Notes: generated by a model from the sequence alone, not told the origin. 64,000 bases of DNA from Sphingomonas bacterium (GCA_040006055.1 JBDTXU010000069.1:4976-68975), one strand, 5' to 3'; positions 47,703 through 57,917 are shown, counted from the stretch's first letter. A program made the numbers and translations.

Positions 47703-48938
47703 TCAAGGTAGAGCGTGGATGGCGATCAGACGCCGCTGCTCCGGCGCGCCGCTCCGCGCCCGGACTTCAAACAGCACTTCAAAATGGTGTGCCGCGCCCA
47801 CCTTTCGCCTCAGGCGGACAATTTCCTGCGGTGCATTGAGAAGCGCGACGACGCCAGCGGTCCCCGTGTTGCCGAGGCCGGCAAGCACGATCAGCCGGTG
47901 TCCTGCCGAACTGGTCCGGACCGAAAGATAACCATAGTCCGTCCAGTCGGTCGACTGTCCGTCAACATAGACCTGGCCGCGAGACACCGCGCCATTGGTG
48001 GTGTCGATGAGCTGATCATAGGCAGCCAGACGGAAACGCGATTGGGCGAAGACCTGCGGCTCCAGCACGCGCAGTTGCGACAACCTGCCGACGAAGATGA
48101 TATCCCGGCTAGCGAGGAGATCCGGGCTCAGCGCGGATGCCGGGAGCATTTGACTGCTGCTCGAGTCTTTTCCGCCTCGAGGATCGGGGTTGTCCTGCAG
48201 GGTCCAGGCCGCCTCGACAGCGCCGATCGGTGCAAAATTGAGATTGAAATCATAAAGCTGATAGAAGGATTCAGGGTGGGCCTTCAGGTAATTGCCGAAG
48301 TCTTCGCGGGTCTTGACGGCGGGATTCAGAATCATGCGCTGGATGCCGCGCTGATCCTGCGTTTCGGCGAGCAGCATGCTGTCCCCCACCACAACCAACG
48401 GATCGAACGGATCGGCCGAGCCCCCAAGCAGAGCCTGCCGCACGCGGGCCACGCCAGGCGTGCTCGTCGAAGCTGACGGCCAAATGTTCCAGCTGGCGAA
48501 AGCCAGCGCCGCGCCGACAATCAGGAAGAGCCCAAGAGTCACTGCGGGGTTATAGGCCAGCGCCCGTCGCAACCGGGCTGCCCTGCTTGGGGGTTGGGCC
48601 TGACGATCGCTTCGGTCGAGAGCGATGCGGTATTCCCCCTTGGGAATGACCAGGCGCGGGCCGGTGCGTGCGAGATAGTATTCGTCAATGCGCTTGCGCA
48701 GTCGGTGTACGTAGACGCGCACACCCGAATCCGAACCGGCATCGTGCGTGGCGACGCTCCCGAACAGGGCCAGTGCGACCTCGATTTCCTTTGGCGAACG
48801 AGGGTCGCGTGAGCGCTCGACCAGCAGGTCGAACAGGGCAAGCTGGGTGGCAGACCGCCCCTTGGCCAGGATTTCGCGAAATCGCGCGGTTTCCGCTTCG
48901 AAGATCGCTTCGCTATCGTCAGGCGGTTGTGCCGTCAT
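47703..48938 (-). CDS. Membrane-anchored transcription factor, paralogue of 44796..46154
   Basis: PKEIEVALALFG..DSGVRVYVHRLRKRI..IPKGEYR; one TM; VVGD, DIIFVG, DYGYL, LAGLG, FEVLFEVR. Confidence 0.8.
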   Translation of the reverse strand: MTAQPPDDSEAIFEAETARFREILAKGRSATQLALFDLLVERSRDPRSPKEIEVALALFGSVATHDAGSDSGVRVYVHRLRKRIDEYYLARTGPRLVIPKGEYRIALDRSDRQAQPPSRAARLRRALAYNPAVTLGLFLIVGAALAFASWNIWPSASTSTPGVARVRQALLGGSADPFDPLVVVGDSMLLAETQDQRGIQRMILNPAVKTREDFGNYLKAHPESFYQLYDFNLNFAPIGAVEAAWTLQDNPDPRGGKDSSSSQMLPASALSPDLLASRDIIFVGRLSQLRVLEPQVFAQSRFRLAAYDQLIDTTNGAVSRGQVYVDGQSTDWTDYGYLSVRTSSAGHRLIVLAGLGNTGTAGVVALLNAPQEIVRLRRKVGAAHHFEVLFEVRARSGAPEQRRLIAIHALP

Positions 48939-49071
48939 TGATCCGTTCGCCTCGACCCCGATAAGCATGCCGCCTGTTCTTGGAGTGCAAGCCTCCCGAA
49001 CGAACCGGACACCTAGTTACCCCTAGCTGGCGATATGGCAACGCCAATCGCGGCACAGACGCCTTGGTCTT

Positions 49072-49187
49072 ATTGTCTCTTTAGAGCAACGAATATTCCT
49101 ATAGGCTTTCTATTGTTCGAAAATTGGAGGCGGGCGCGGAACTGATTCGGGGGGCGTTGGCGCCAGTCCGCGCGCGTCGCGGAAAAG
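49072..49187 (+). repeat. Copy 2 of the ~115-bp dispersed promoter-region repeat
   Basis: Aligns with 3878..3993. Confidence 0.8.
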
Positions 49188-49237
49188 TGGACCTGCACTA
49201 GATATCTGGGCTCCATCGGGTCCGCGGGATTGATTTT

Positions 49238-49266
49238 GTTTTAAGCTTGAAATATGCACGTGCATA
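49238..49266. promoter_or_regulatory. Composite operator upstream of the TonB receptor
   Basis: GTTTTA-AGCT-TGAAAT abutting the perfect palindrome TATGCA-CG-TGCATA (49253..49266). Confidence 0.65.
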
Positions 49267-49383
49267 GATCTGGGGTGGATTCGCTGTTCCGTCGCTGCCG
49301 CCGCGCCACGATCGCGGGGCAGGGGCCAAGCGTGCCCTAAAATTGAAGACGAAAACAGTTGTGGATATTGAGGGAGATCGACT

Positions 49384-51861
49384 TTGAACGCCATTCACAC
49401 ATGCGGCGCGCTGAAGTTCAAGGCAGGCCTGCTGTCTGGCGCGATGCTGGCGCTCTCGACGCTGCCGGCCCACGCCCAACAGACAAATGCCACGACCGCA
49501 TCGACTGGCGATCAGGCTTCGGCTGCCACGACTACATCGACCGGCGATCTGGATTCGGCTGCCGAAGGCGACATCCTGGTGACCGCCACCCGCAAGACGA
49601 CCGCGCTCAGCCGCACGCCGGCCAGCATCGTCGCCAAGGATCGGCAGGAGCTCGACGCACAAGGCATACGCTCGATCGCTGACCTCGCCTCGCTCACGCC
49701 GAGCATCACTTTCGGGCAGAGCGCCGTCCAATACGGCACGGGGCAAAGCACCATTTCGATCCGCGGGGTCAATTCGCAGTCGGGTATCCCGACCACCGGC
49801 GTCTATATCGACGATACGCCGATTCAAACCAGGGTGGGTGTCAGTCCGTCGCTCGGTAACGCCTATCCCGATGTGTTCGATCTGGAACGGATCGAAGTCC
49901 TGCGCGGCCCGCAGGGCACCTTGTTCGGGAGCGGCTCGGTGGGCGGCGCGATCCGCTTCATACTGCCAAAGCCGAACTACGATTCGGCCAGCATCTACGC
50001 CCGCACGGAATTGGCGACGACCAAACACGGTAGCCCGAGCTACGAAGCCGGTTTCGCGGTCGGGGCTCCGATCGTCGAGGGCAAGGTCGGTTTCCGCGCC
50101 AGCGTCTGGTACCGTCGTGACGGCGGCAATATCGATCGGCTCGATCCCTACACGCACGATCTGGTGCAGAAGGACAGCAACCATACCGAAAGCTTCTCGG
50201 CCCGTCTGGCCGTGGGCTGGCATGCCACCGACAACCTGACCCTTACCCCCTCGGTATTCTTCCAGGACCAGAAGATCGCCGACGGCTCGCGGTTCGAACT
50301 GGCCACGTCGGACATTCACGACGGCAATCTGCGGATGAGCCTCAACCAGCGCGCCGAACCACACAAGGATCGCTTCGTCCTGCCCGCTCTCAAGGCCGAA
50401 CTCGATCTTGGCGGACTCAGTCTGATCTCGGATACTTCCTATTTCCACCGCACGACCAATACGATCAATGACGATACCTCGCTGAGCTACGTCTTCTCAG
50501 GAGGCTTCGCCGGAGGCCCGTTCCCGTCCGGTTTCGAGGATTACGCGCCCCATACCGTCAACGATACCAAACAGACCGCCTTTACGCAGGAACTGCGCAT
50601 GCAGGGCAACAGCGCCAACGATCGCCTCAACTGGATCGTCGGTCTCTTCTACCAGAAGTCCTATGTCCGCGATCAGTATCGGTCCTACGATCCTCGCCTG
50701 CTCGATGTCATCAACCTGGGGCAGGCCCAGATCGGCGATCCGCCGTTTGCCAGCCTGACCGATTCATTTTTCGGCACCGAACTGTATCAGGGGCTCTATT
50801 CGGTGTTCCAGCGCAACGAGCATCGCGACCGGCAATATGCCGCCTATGCCCAGGCCGACTACAAGATCATCGATCGACTCAAGGTGACGGCCGGCCTGCG
50901 CTATACCATCGCGAAATACGCCTTCACCGGCTTCGGCGCGGGTCCAGTGCTTGCCACCGATGGACAGACCGATACCGCCAACACGACAAGCAAGACCCTG
51001 ACACCCAAGTTCGGGATCTCGTTCCAGGCCGATCGTAACAACCTGTTCTATGCCAGCGCGAGCAAGGGTGTGCGCGGACCGGGCGTTTCGCCCCCGGTCG
51101 GCGCGAACTGCATTGCCGACGCCGCGGCGATCGGCTTCGATCCCTTCGCCACGCTCGACGTCAAACCCGATTCGATCTGGAGCTATGAAGTCGGCAGCAA
51201 GAACCGCCTGTTTGGCGGCAAGGTGGCAATCGATGGCTCGGCCTATCATATCGACTGGAAGAACGTGCAGACGCTGTTTGCCCTGCCGCAGTGCACGATT
51301 CAGACGGCACTCAATCTGGGAAGCGCGAAGATCGACGGTTTCGACCTGGCCGTTTCGGTCAAGCCGGCGGCCGGACTGACGGTGGGCGGCTCGGTTTCGT
51401 ATATCCACGCGCGCTATACCACGCCGATCTTCGGTCCTGGCGACCCCAATATTCCCAACGCGCCAAATGTGATCATTCGACCGGCAGGTGAGCCGTTCCC
51501 GCTGGTTGCTCCATGGACCATAGCGCTCAATGTCGAATATGAGCATCAGGTCGGAAACGCCCAACTCTATGGCCGCACTGACCTCAGCCTGACCAGCCAT
51601 GTCACCAAGCCGGTTCCGCACACGCCGTTATACGATCCGACCCTGCCGCGGTCCCCGTCCACGTCGCAGCTCGACCTTCGCATCGGCAGCAGGTTCAAGC
51701 TGTCGAGCGGCAAGGATCTCGACCTGAGCGTGTTCGTCAACAACGTCACCAACAGCATGCCGCTATTGGCTTTGTTCCATGAAAACCCGGCTTCGACCTA
51801 CTACCGCGCAGGCACATTCCGCCCGCGTACCGTGGGTGTGACGCTGATCCTCAGGAACTGA
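49384..51861 (+). CDS. TonB-dependent outer membrane receptor
   Basis: AGGGAG RBS and TTG start; signal peptide; DILVTATRK; DLERIEVLRGPQGTLFG; PRTVGV. Confidence 0.95.
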   Translation: MNAIHTCGALKFKAGLLSGAMLALSTLPAHAQQTNATTASTGDQASAATTTSTGDLDSAAEGDILVTATRKTTALSRTPASIVAKDRQELDAQGIRSIADLASLTPSITFGQSAVQYGTGQSTISIRGVNSQSGIPTTGVYIDDTPIQTRVGVSPSLGNAYPDVFDLERIEVLRGPQGTLFGSGSVGGAIRFILPKPNYDSASIYARTELATTKHGSPSYEAGFAVGAPIVEGKVGFRASVWYRRDGGNIDRLDPYTHDLVQKDSNHTESFSARLAVGWHATDNLTLTPSVFFQDQKIADGSRFELATSDIHDGNLRMSLNQRAEPHKDRFVLPALKAELDLGGLSLISDTSYFHRTTNTINDDTSLSYVFSGGFAGGPFPSGFEDYAPHTVNDTKQTAFTQELRMQGNSANDRLNWIVGLFYQKSYVRDQYRSYDPRLLDVINLGQAQIGDPPFASLTDSFFGTELYQGLYSVFQRNEHRDRQYAAYAQADYKIIDRLKVTAGLRYTIAKYAFTGFGAGPVLATDGQTDTANTTSKTLTPKFGISFQADRNNLFYASASKGVRGPGVSPPVGANCIADAAAIGFDPFATLDVKPDSIWSYEVGSKNRLFGGKVAIDGSAYHIDWKNVQTLFALPQCTIQTALNLGSAKIDGFDLAVSVKPAAGLTVGGSVSYIHARYTTPIFGPGDPNIPNAPNVIIRPAGEPFPLVAPWTIALNVEYEHQVGNAQLYGRTDLSLTSHVTKPVPHTPLYDPTLPRSPSTSQLDLRIGSRFKLSSGKDLDLSVFVNNVTNSMPLLALFHENPASTYYRAGTFRPRTVGVTLILRN

Positions 51862-52019
51862 GCGCGGACGCGTTCGGGCCGGATGGCGTGCCCGCACGGA
51901 GTGGCGATTGACCCAAGATGCCAAGGATCTGGCCGACCCTGCAATCATCTGACAATCGGTGCGAATACTAGACTGACCTCTGGGTGGTCCGGCGGTCGGG
52001 CACAAGCGGGAGCGGATGG

Positions 52020-53336
52020 ATGAAGCGATATCGGGGCAGGGCGGCGCAGCTCGCCGGCGCACATGGCATCGGTGGACTGCTTGCGCTGGCGGCGATCTGC
52101 TCGACCTCAGCGCCGTCCTGGGCGGCCGATGTTCCCGAGGTCGGGATTCCATCAAAGCTTCCCGGTCCAGGTCCGTACACCTTCCGCAGCGCCGAGCAGC
52201 CGGTGGTCAAGGTGGAGATCATCGCGAGCGGTCTTGCGCATCTTTACAGCCTGGCGTTTCTACCTGGCGGAGATGCGCTGATCGTCGAGCGCGGCGCACG
52301 GCTTCGCCTGCTGCGTCAGGCCACCGGCATCAAGCCCGAACTCGTTCCCCAGCCGGCCACCAATGTGCCTGAGTATTCCAAGGTGGAACATCTCGATCCC
52401 CTCGACGTCCTGGGCATCCAGGACGTGATGCCGGATCCCGATTATGCGACCAACCACCTGGTCTATTTCACTTACAACAAGCCGGTCGGATATGATCCCA
52501 AGGCCAAGCGGATCACGGCTGCGCACGTCGTTGCGCGCGCCCGCCTCGACGATCTGCGCCTGACCGATATCAAGGAACTGCTGGTCGGTGAAGCGAGAGT
52601 CGGCATCGGCGGATCGCGCATCCTGATCGGCAGGGACGGCGATCTCTATGTTTCGGTCGGGGCATTGAGCGAGGGCGATATCCAGTCCGCCGCCCGCATC
52701 GACAACATCTATGGCAAGGTGCTGCGGATTGGTCGCGACGGGCATGTCCCGGCGAACAATCCCTTCGTCCACACCAAGGGTGCCCGCCAGGAAATCTGGA
52801 CCTATGGTCATCGCGATCCGCTTGGCCTGGCGATCGATCCGCGCTCGGGGCGGAGCATCGCGTCCGAACATGGCCCACAGGGCGGGGATGAGCTCAACGC
52901 ATTGCTGCCGGGCCGAAACTATGGCTGGCCGAACTCCACCTACGGCACTGAATATGGCGGTTCGCGCCTTCCCATCGCGCCGGTTCCAGCGGGAACGCAA
53001 GGCCCGTTGCTCATCTGGTCGCCGTCGATCGCGCCGAGCGGAATCGCTTTCTATACCGGCGCAGCCATGCCCGGCTGGTCCAACAACTTGTTCGTCGCGA
53101 GCGCCCGGCGCGGGCAGATCAACGGGACCGGCGCCTTGATTCGTGTGGTTCTCAACGATCGGCTCGAAGAGACGCGCCAGGAAGTGCTGCTCGAGGGGCT
53201 GCACCAGCGGTTCAAGGACGTACGCCAGGGTCCGGACGGATTGCTCTACGCGGTGACCGACGAAGACAATGCCGTGGTGCTGCGGATCGGTCCCGGCGTC
53301 GATCCGGTGCAAGGCGCTGCTGCGTCAGCGCCCTGA
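52020..53336 (+). CDS. PQQ-dependent sugar dehydrogenase (glucose/sorbosone dehydrogenase family)
   Basis: Signal peptide; SLAFLP, GKVLRI, P.NNPF, YGHRDP.G, EHGPQGGDELN, NYGWP, DVRQGPDG. Confidence 0.88.
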   Translation: MKRYRGRAAQLAGAHGIGGLLALAAICSTSAPSWAADVPEVGIPSKLPGPGPYTFRSAEQPVVKVEIIASGLAHLYSLAFLPGGDALIVERGARLRLLRQATGIKPELVPQPATNVPEYSKVEHLDPLDVLGIQDVMPDPDYATNHLVYFTYNKPVGYDPKAKRITAAHVVARARLDDLRLTDIKELLVGEARVGIGGSRILIGRDGDLYVSVGALSEGDIQSAARIDNIYGKVLRIGRDGHVPANNPFVHTKGARQEIWTYGHRDPLGLAIDPRSGRSIASEHGPQGGDELNALLPGRNYGWPNSTYGTEYGGSRLPIAPVPAGTQGPLLIWSPSIAPSGIAFYTGAAMPGWSNNLFVASARRGQINGTGALIRVVLNDRLEETRQEVLLEGLHQRFKDVRQGPDGLLYAVTDEDNAVVLRIGPGVDPVQGAAASAP

Positions 53337-54098
53337 CGCGTCGGGCATGTCGCCGGGCGACATTGACTGGAGCTTGCGCAGCCTTGCGGTGATTTCCGCG
53401 ATGTGTCCGCTCATTGCCACTGCAGCAGCGTCGGCGTCGCCGCGCGCGATCGCCGCGATCACGGCGGCATGTTCGTCGGCCGCTTTGCCCTCGTCGAGCG
53501 TGCGCCACAGATTGGAATGCCAGAAGCGCATGGCGCGTTCGTGCAGGGACTTTTGCAGTTCGATAAGCACCGGGCTGCCCCCGATCGCGGCCAGCTTGGC
53601 ATGAAAGGCGTGGTCGCGTTCGATAAAGCGATCGACGGAACCGGCGTGGTTCCCTTCTTCGTCGCGGGTGCGCGACGTGATGCGCGTCAGTTCCTCAATG
53701 TCGGCGGGCGTGGCGCTCACGGCGGCGCGGCTTGCCAGCACGGGCTCGAGGATCGATCGCGCATCGAGCAGGTCGATGATTCGAGCGATCGAATCGAGCT
53801 TCACCAGGATGCCCTTGCGCGGAACGATCTGGATCAGCTCTTCCTGATGCAAGCGTTGCAGGGCCTGGTGCATGGGAGTCCGGCCATATCCAAGCTTCTG
53901 GCAAAGCCAGTGCTCGTTCAGCAGTTCGCCGATCGGCAGGCGGTGATTCAACACCTGCTCGCGCAGCGCGTAATAGGCCTGGTCGGCCAGCGAGGGCCTG
54001 CGTGAATCGCGGCGGGGCGCGTTGGAGTCACCTGAAGCGGGAAGGGGAGCGTCGGTCGCTTTGGGTTTCGGCGTCCTCGACAAATGTGTGTTCCCCAA
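53325..54098 (-). CDS. GntR-family (FCD) regulator
   Basis: LADQAY..LRE, LGYGRTPMHQAL, D.AFH..L, EH..VI.AI. Confidence 0.9.
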   Translation of the reverse strand: MGNTHLSRTPKPKATDAPLPASGDSNAPRRDSRRPSLADQAYYALREQVLNHRLPIGELLNEHWLCQKLGYGRTPMHQALQRLHQEELIQIVPRKGILVKLDSIARIIDLLDARSILEPVLASRAAVSATPADIEELTRITSRTRDEEGNHAGSVDRFIERDHAFHAKLAAIGGSPVLIELQKSLHERAMRFWHSNLWRTLDEGKAADEHAAVIAAIARGDADAAAVAMSGHIAEITARLRKLQSMSPGDMPDASGR

Positions 54099-54243
54099 GC
54101 CCGCCGGGTGGCGCGATGACCGACGCTAGTAACTCCCGCGGAGCCGACTTTCTAGGGCTTTGGCCGTGGGGGGCGGCGCCGCTCGCCAAGCTTCATTCTT
54201 TTCCGCCCATCACAAAGATTCGCTTCCGGAGCGGCGGAATCAG

Positions 54244-54267
54244 TGATATATCAGAAAAAATATCTGA
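54244..54267. promoter_or_regulatory. Putative GntR operator
   Basis: TGATATATCA palindrome overlapping TCAGA-N7-TCTGA in the divergent region. Confidence 0.55.
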
Positions 54268-54288
54268 TGATGCAAGGCATCGCTTCCG

Positions 54289-55017
54289 ATGGCGGATGAC
54301 GATGAGAAGGGGATGCAAATGACCGAGCTCGCGCGTATCTCCGGCCCCGATCACAACGCCGATCTGTCGGCCCTTGTGACGATCCACGCTCATGAGCAGC
54401 CGTGGAGAAGCACGGCCGTCCGGGGGGTGGAGGAAAAGCTGTTCGAGCGGATCGGCCGGGGGCCGGGCGCGCGCGAAACCGCGCTGCTGCGGCTTGCTCC
54501 CGGATTCTCGCCGCCGCGGGAGCGCGCCGAATGCAGGATCGACATCCTTGTGCTGGAGGGGGCTATCGATCTGCTGGGCCGGCACTGCGCGGCGGGACAC
54601 TATCTGCGCATCCCGCCGAAAGCGGAGATCGGACTGCGCACCACCGCCGGCGCTACCATCATGCTCAAGAAGCGCGCCGGGCCGGCTGACGGCGAAGCGA
54701 TCGCTCTCGATACCAACGACCGTGCCAACTGGGCCCCCTGGGGTGGTCGCGGCTCGGAAAAGGCGCAGATCTACGATCCTGGCAGCCTGCCCGAAGCCTC
54801 ATGGGTCGGCTTCATGCTGCCCCACCTGACAATTCCCGAGCATGATCACGCCGGCGGTGAGGAAATCTTCATCCTTGAGGGCGAACTGCGCGACGAGCGC
54901 GGAAGCTATGGCCCGCGGACCTGGGTGCGGTTTCCGATCGGGGTTACGCACACGCCCGGCGCGCTTGCCCAGGGCTGCCTGATGTTTGTCCGGGAAGGGG
55001 ATGTCGCGCCATGTTGA
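54289..55017 (+). CDS. ChrR-like double-cupin protein
   Basis: ETALLRLAPG; second cupin HDHAGGEEIFILEG..H; first cupin lacks HxH. Confidence 0.8.
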   Translation: MADDDEKGMQMTELARISGPDHNADLSALVTIHAHEQPWRSTAVRGVEEKLFERIGRGPGARETALLRLAPGFSPPRERAECRIDILVLEGAIDLLGRHCAAGHYLRIPPKAEIGLRTTAGATIMLKKRAGPADGEAIALDTNDRANWAPWGGRGSEKAQIYDPGSLPEASWVGFMLPHLTIPEHDHAGGEEIFILEGELRDERGSYGPRTWVRFPIGVTHTPGALAQGCLMFVREGDVAPC

Positions 55018-55415
55018 GCGGCGATGGCCTGGGCGGGCAATCCCTGGAAGAGATACTGATCCAGACGGCGGACATTCCGTGGCGGGAAAAGTCGCTCGCC
55101 GGAGTTCATGAAAAGATGCTGTTCCGTAACGAGGAAACCGGGGCCTCGGTCGCGCTCATCCGGTTCGACAAGGGCACCGGCATCCCCACCCCGCACCTGC
55201 ATTCGTCGAACCAGATGATGTTCTGCCTCACGGGGAAATATGAATATACCGCGACCGGCGTGACGCTTGTTGCAGGATCATTCTACTGCAATCCCAAAGG
55301 GTTGGTGCACGGCCCAACCCTGGCGCATGAAGAGACGATCGTGGTCGAAATCTATGATGGACCGCATTATCCGCAGCGCCCGGACTGGTACGGCAATGAC
55401 GAGGATGCGCGCTGA
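55011..55415 (+). CDS. ChrR-like single-cupin protein (possible dioxygenase)
   Basis: IPW, PHLH..Q..HGP metal ligands. Confidence 0.8.
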   Translation: MLSGDGLGGQSLEEILIQTADIPWREKSLAGVHEKMLFRNEETGASVALIRFDKGTGIPTPHLHSSNQMMFCLTGKYEYTATGVTLVAGSFYCNPKGLVHGPTLAHEETIVVEIYDGPHYPQRPDWYGNDEDAR

Positions 55416-56503
55416 TGGCGGGGGCTCTACCGGTTCGCGCGGATACGCTGGCGCACGGCGTGGCGCGCATCTTCATCGCGGCCGGGATTCCGCCTGGCGC
55501 CGCGGCCATGGCAGCCGGGGATCTGGTTGCCGCCGATCTGGAAGGTGTCGCTTCGCACGGCGTGATGCTGGTTCCGATGTATGTCGAGCGCATCCGTGCG
55601 GGGTCGGTTTCACGGCAGACGGCAGGTCAGATCATTTCCGATCGGCAAACGGCCGTCGTGATCGATGGCGCAAACGTGCTCGGCCAGCTCACCGCCCGCC
55701 AGGCGGTCGACCTGGCCGCCAGCCGGGCTTCTGAATTCGGCATGGCCACTGTCGCGGTGCGCAATGCGTTCCATTTCGGGGCTGCGGGGCGGTATGCCCG
55801 GATGCTTGCCGAACGGGGCTGCATCGGCATGGTGATGTGCAATACCCGCCCGTTAATGGCCCCCCCGGGCGGAGCCGAGCCGATTACCGGCAACAATCCG
55901 ATCGCGATCGCGGCACCGGGGGCCGGTCCCTTCGCACCCGAAGTGGACATGGCGCTGAGCGCGACGGCCATGGGCAGGATCAGGAACGCCGCCGCCGCTG
56001 GTGAGAAAATCCCGCATGGCTGGGCAACCGATCGCCACGGCGCCGATACCACTGATCCGGAAGCCGCCATTGCGGGAATGCTACTCCCGGCCGCCGGGCC
56101 GAAGGGTTTTGGCATGGCATTCATGATCGATCTTCTGTGTGGGGGCCTGTCCGGCGGCGGGATTGGGCCGGAGATCAGGCCGTTGTTCGGCGCGCTGGAC
56201 GAGCCTTATGGCAGTGCGAACCTGTTCATCGCCATTCACGTTGGCCATTTCACCGCGCTGCCCGAGTTCAGCGCGCGCGCAGGCGCGGCTGCCTCGGCCG
56301 TCTCATCGGTTTGCCGCGCACCGGGCGTCGAGCGCGTGTTCGCGCCGGGCGAGCTGGCCTATGACATGCGCCGCAAGGCCGATGGCTGGTGTGAACTCGC
56401 CCAACCGACCGTGGAAGCGCTGCGCAAGGTGGGCCTCGGCCTCGATATCGACCTTGCCGATCTGTTTCCGCAAGTGCCCGAGCAGAAGGTTTCACTCAGG
56501 TGA
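55415..56503 (+). CDS. Ldh_2-family oxidoreductase (malate/L-lactate/ureidoglycolate dehydrogenase type)
   Basis: GVASHG, HFGAAG, GNNPIA, DMALS, GPKGFG, PGE. Confidence 0.9.
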   Translation: MAGALPVRADTLAHGVARIFIAAGIPPGAAAMAAGDLVAADLEGVASHGVMLVPMYVERIRAGSVSRQTAGQIISDRQTAVVIDGANVLGQLTARQAVDLAASRASEFGMATVAVRNAFHFGAAGRYARMLAERGCIGMVMCNTRPLMAPPGGAEPITGNNPIAIAAPGAGPFAPEVDMALSATAMGRIRNAAAAGEKIPHGWATDRHGADTTDPEAAIAGMLLPAAGPKGFGMAFMIDLLCGGLSGGGIGPEIRPLFGALDEPYGSANLFIAIHVGHFTALPEFSARAGAAASAVSSVCRAPGVERVFAPGELAYDMRRKADGWCELAQPTVEALRKVGLGLDIDLADLFPQVPEQKVSLR

Positions 56504-56548
56504 CTGCAAACGCTGTCCCCTCTCCAGCCTTCCCGAATTGAGGCAACA

Positions 56549-57463
56549 ATGCGCCTGGCCACCATCACTCTGAATCACATGTTGCGGATCGGCGCGGTCG
56601 AGGGCGAGAGCGTGCGGCTGCTGCCAGCTTGGTTTGGCGACATGGTCTCGGCGATTGGCGCGGGCCGATCCGCGATCGAGCAGGCGGCGGCCGCATCAGC
56701 CGAAGTGGTGCCGCTCGCGGCGGTGACAATCGAGGCGCCGCTGCAGCGCTTCAGCCGGGACATCCTGTGCACCGGCTGGAACTATCTCGATCATTTCGAG
56801 GAAAGCCGCGGCAAGCGGGATGGGCAGGACGTGGACCTGCCGATCGCTCCCACCTTCTTCACCAAGAGCCCGAACACGGTGATCGGTCCCAATGCTGATA
56901 TAGGCTTGGATCCGCACATTTCGGCCAAATGGGACTACGAGGCCGAAGTCGGGCTGGTGATCGCACGACGCTGCCGCAGCGTTTCGCGCGCGCAAGCCAT
57001 GGACTGCGTTTTCGGGTTCTTCCTGGCGAACGACGTCTCGCAGCGCGACCTGCAGCGCCGGCACGGCGGACAGTGGCTCAAGGGCAAAAGCATCGACGCG
57101 ACCATGCCGATCGGCCCCTTCATAGTGACGCCGGACGAAGTGGACCTGGTCCACACCCGGCTTCAGCTGCGCCTGAACGGCCAGATCATGCAGGACGCGC
57201 TGCTCGGCCAGATGGCCTTCGACGTTCCGACCCTGGTTTCTGAACTGTCCTTCGGGATGAGCCTGGACGTCGGCGACGTCCTCATCACCGGAACCCCGGC
57301 AGGGATCGGCAATGCACGCGAACCCCCGATATTCCTGAAGCCGGGCGACGAAATGGTCGTCTCGGCCACGGGATTGGGAGAACTGCGCAATCTTATGGTT
57401 CTGGCCGACCTGCACGGTGACACCGACATGCGATCGATGAGCGGCGACACGGTCGCGGCATAG
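56549..57463 (+). CDS. Fumarylacetoacetate hydrolase-family protein
   Basis: GWNY..H, FFTKSP, DYEAE, NDVSQRD, KGKS, TGTPAG. Confidence 0.92.
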   Translation: MRLATITLNHMLRIGAVEGESVRLLPAWFGDMVSAIGAGRSAIEQAAAASAEVVPLAAVTIEAPLQRFSRDILCTGWNYLDHFEESRGKRDGQDVDLPIAPTFFTKSPNTVIGPNADIGLDPHISAKWDYEAEVGLVIARRCRSVSRAQAMDCVFGFFLANDVSQRDLQRRHGGQWLKGKSIDATMPIGPFIVTPDEVDLVHTRLQLRLNGQIMQDALLGQMAFDVPTLVSELSFGMSLDVGDVLITGTPAGIGNAREPPIFLKPGDEMVVSATGLGELRNLMVLADLHGDTDMRSMSGDTVAA

Positions 57464-57485
57464 CGTGAAAAAAGAGGCAGATTGA

Positions 57486-57884
57486 ATGAAGCAGCAGATC
57501 ACCACCGACAGGCTTGCCGTTCCCAACGGGCACTTTTCGCAGGCCACCACGATCGAGGCCACCGGCAAGCTGGTCTTCATCTCGGGCATGACGGCGCGCA
57601 CCCGCGACGGCGGCATCGCCGGCATCGGCGATATCGAAGTCCAGACCCGGCAAGTCTGCGACAATCTGCAGGCCGCGGTCGAGGCAGCGGGCGGTTCGCT
57701 CGACGATATCGTCCGCGTCGACGTGTATGTCAGGAACATCGAGCACTTCTCCATCATCCACAAGGTCCGACAGGAATATTTCAAGGCGCCGGTTCCGGCT
57801 TCGACCATGGTCGAGGTCTCGAAGATGGTTTTTCCCGATTATCTGATCGAGATCAGCGCCATCGCGGTTCTGCCGAACGGCTGA
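57486..57884 (+). CDS. RidA-family imine/enamine deaminase
   Basis: HFSQA, VFISG, PAST..EV, LIEISAIA. Confidence 0.9.
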   Translation: MKQQITTDRLAVPNGHFSQATTIEATGKLVFISGMTARTRDGGIAGIGDIEVQTRQVCDNLQAAVEAAGGSLDDIVRVDVYVRNIEHFSIIHKVRQEYFKAPVPASTMVEVSKMVFPDYLIEISAIAVLPNG

Positions 57885-57917
57885 CGACCTGCCCGCCCGC
57901 CCCATTCGAAAGCCATC

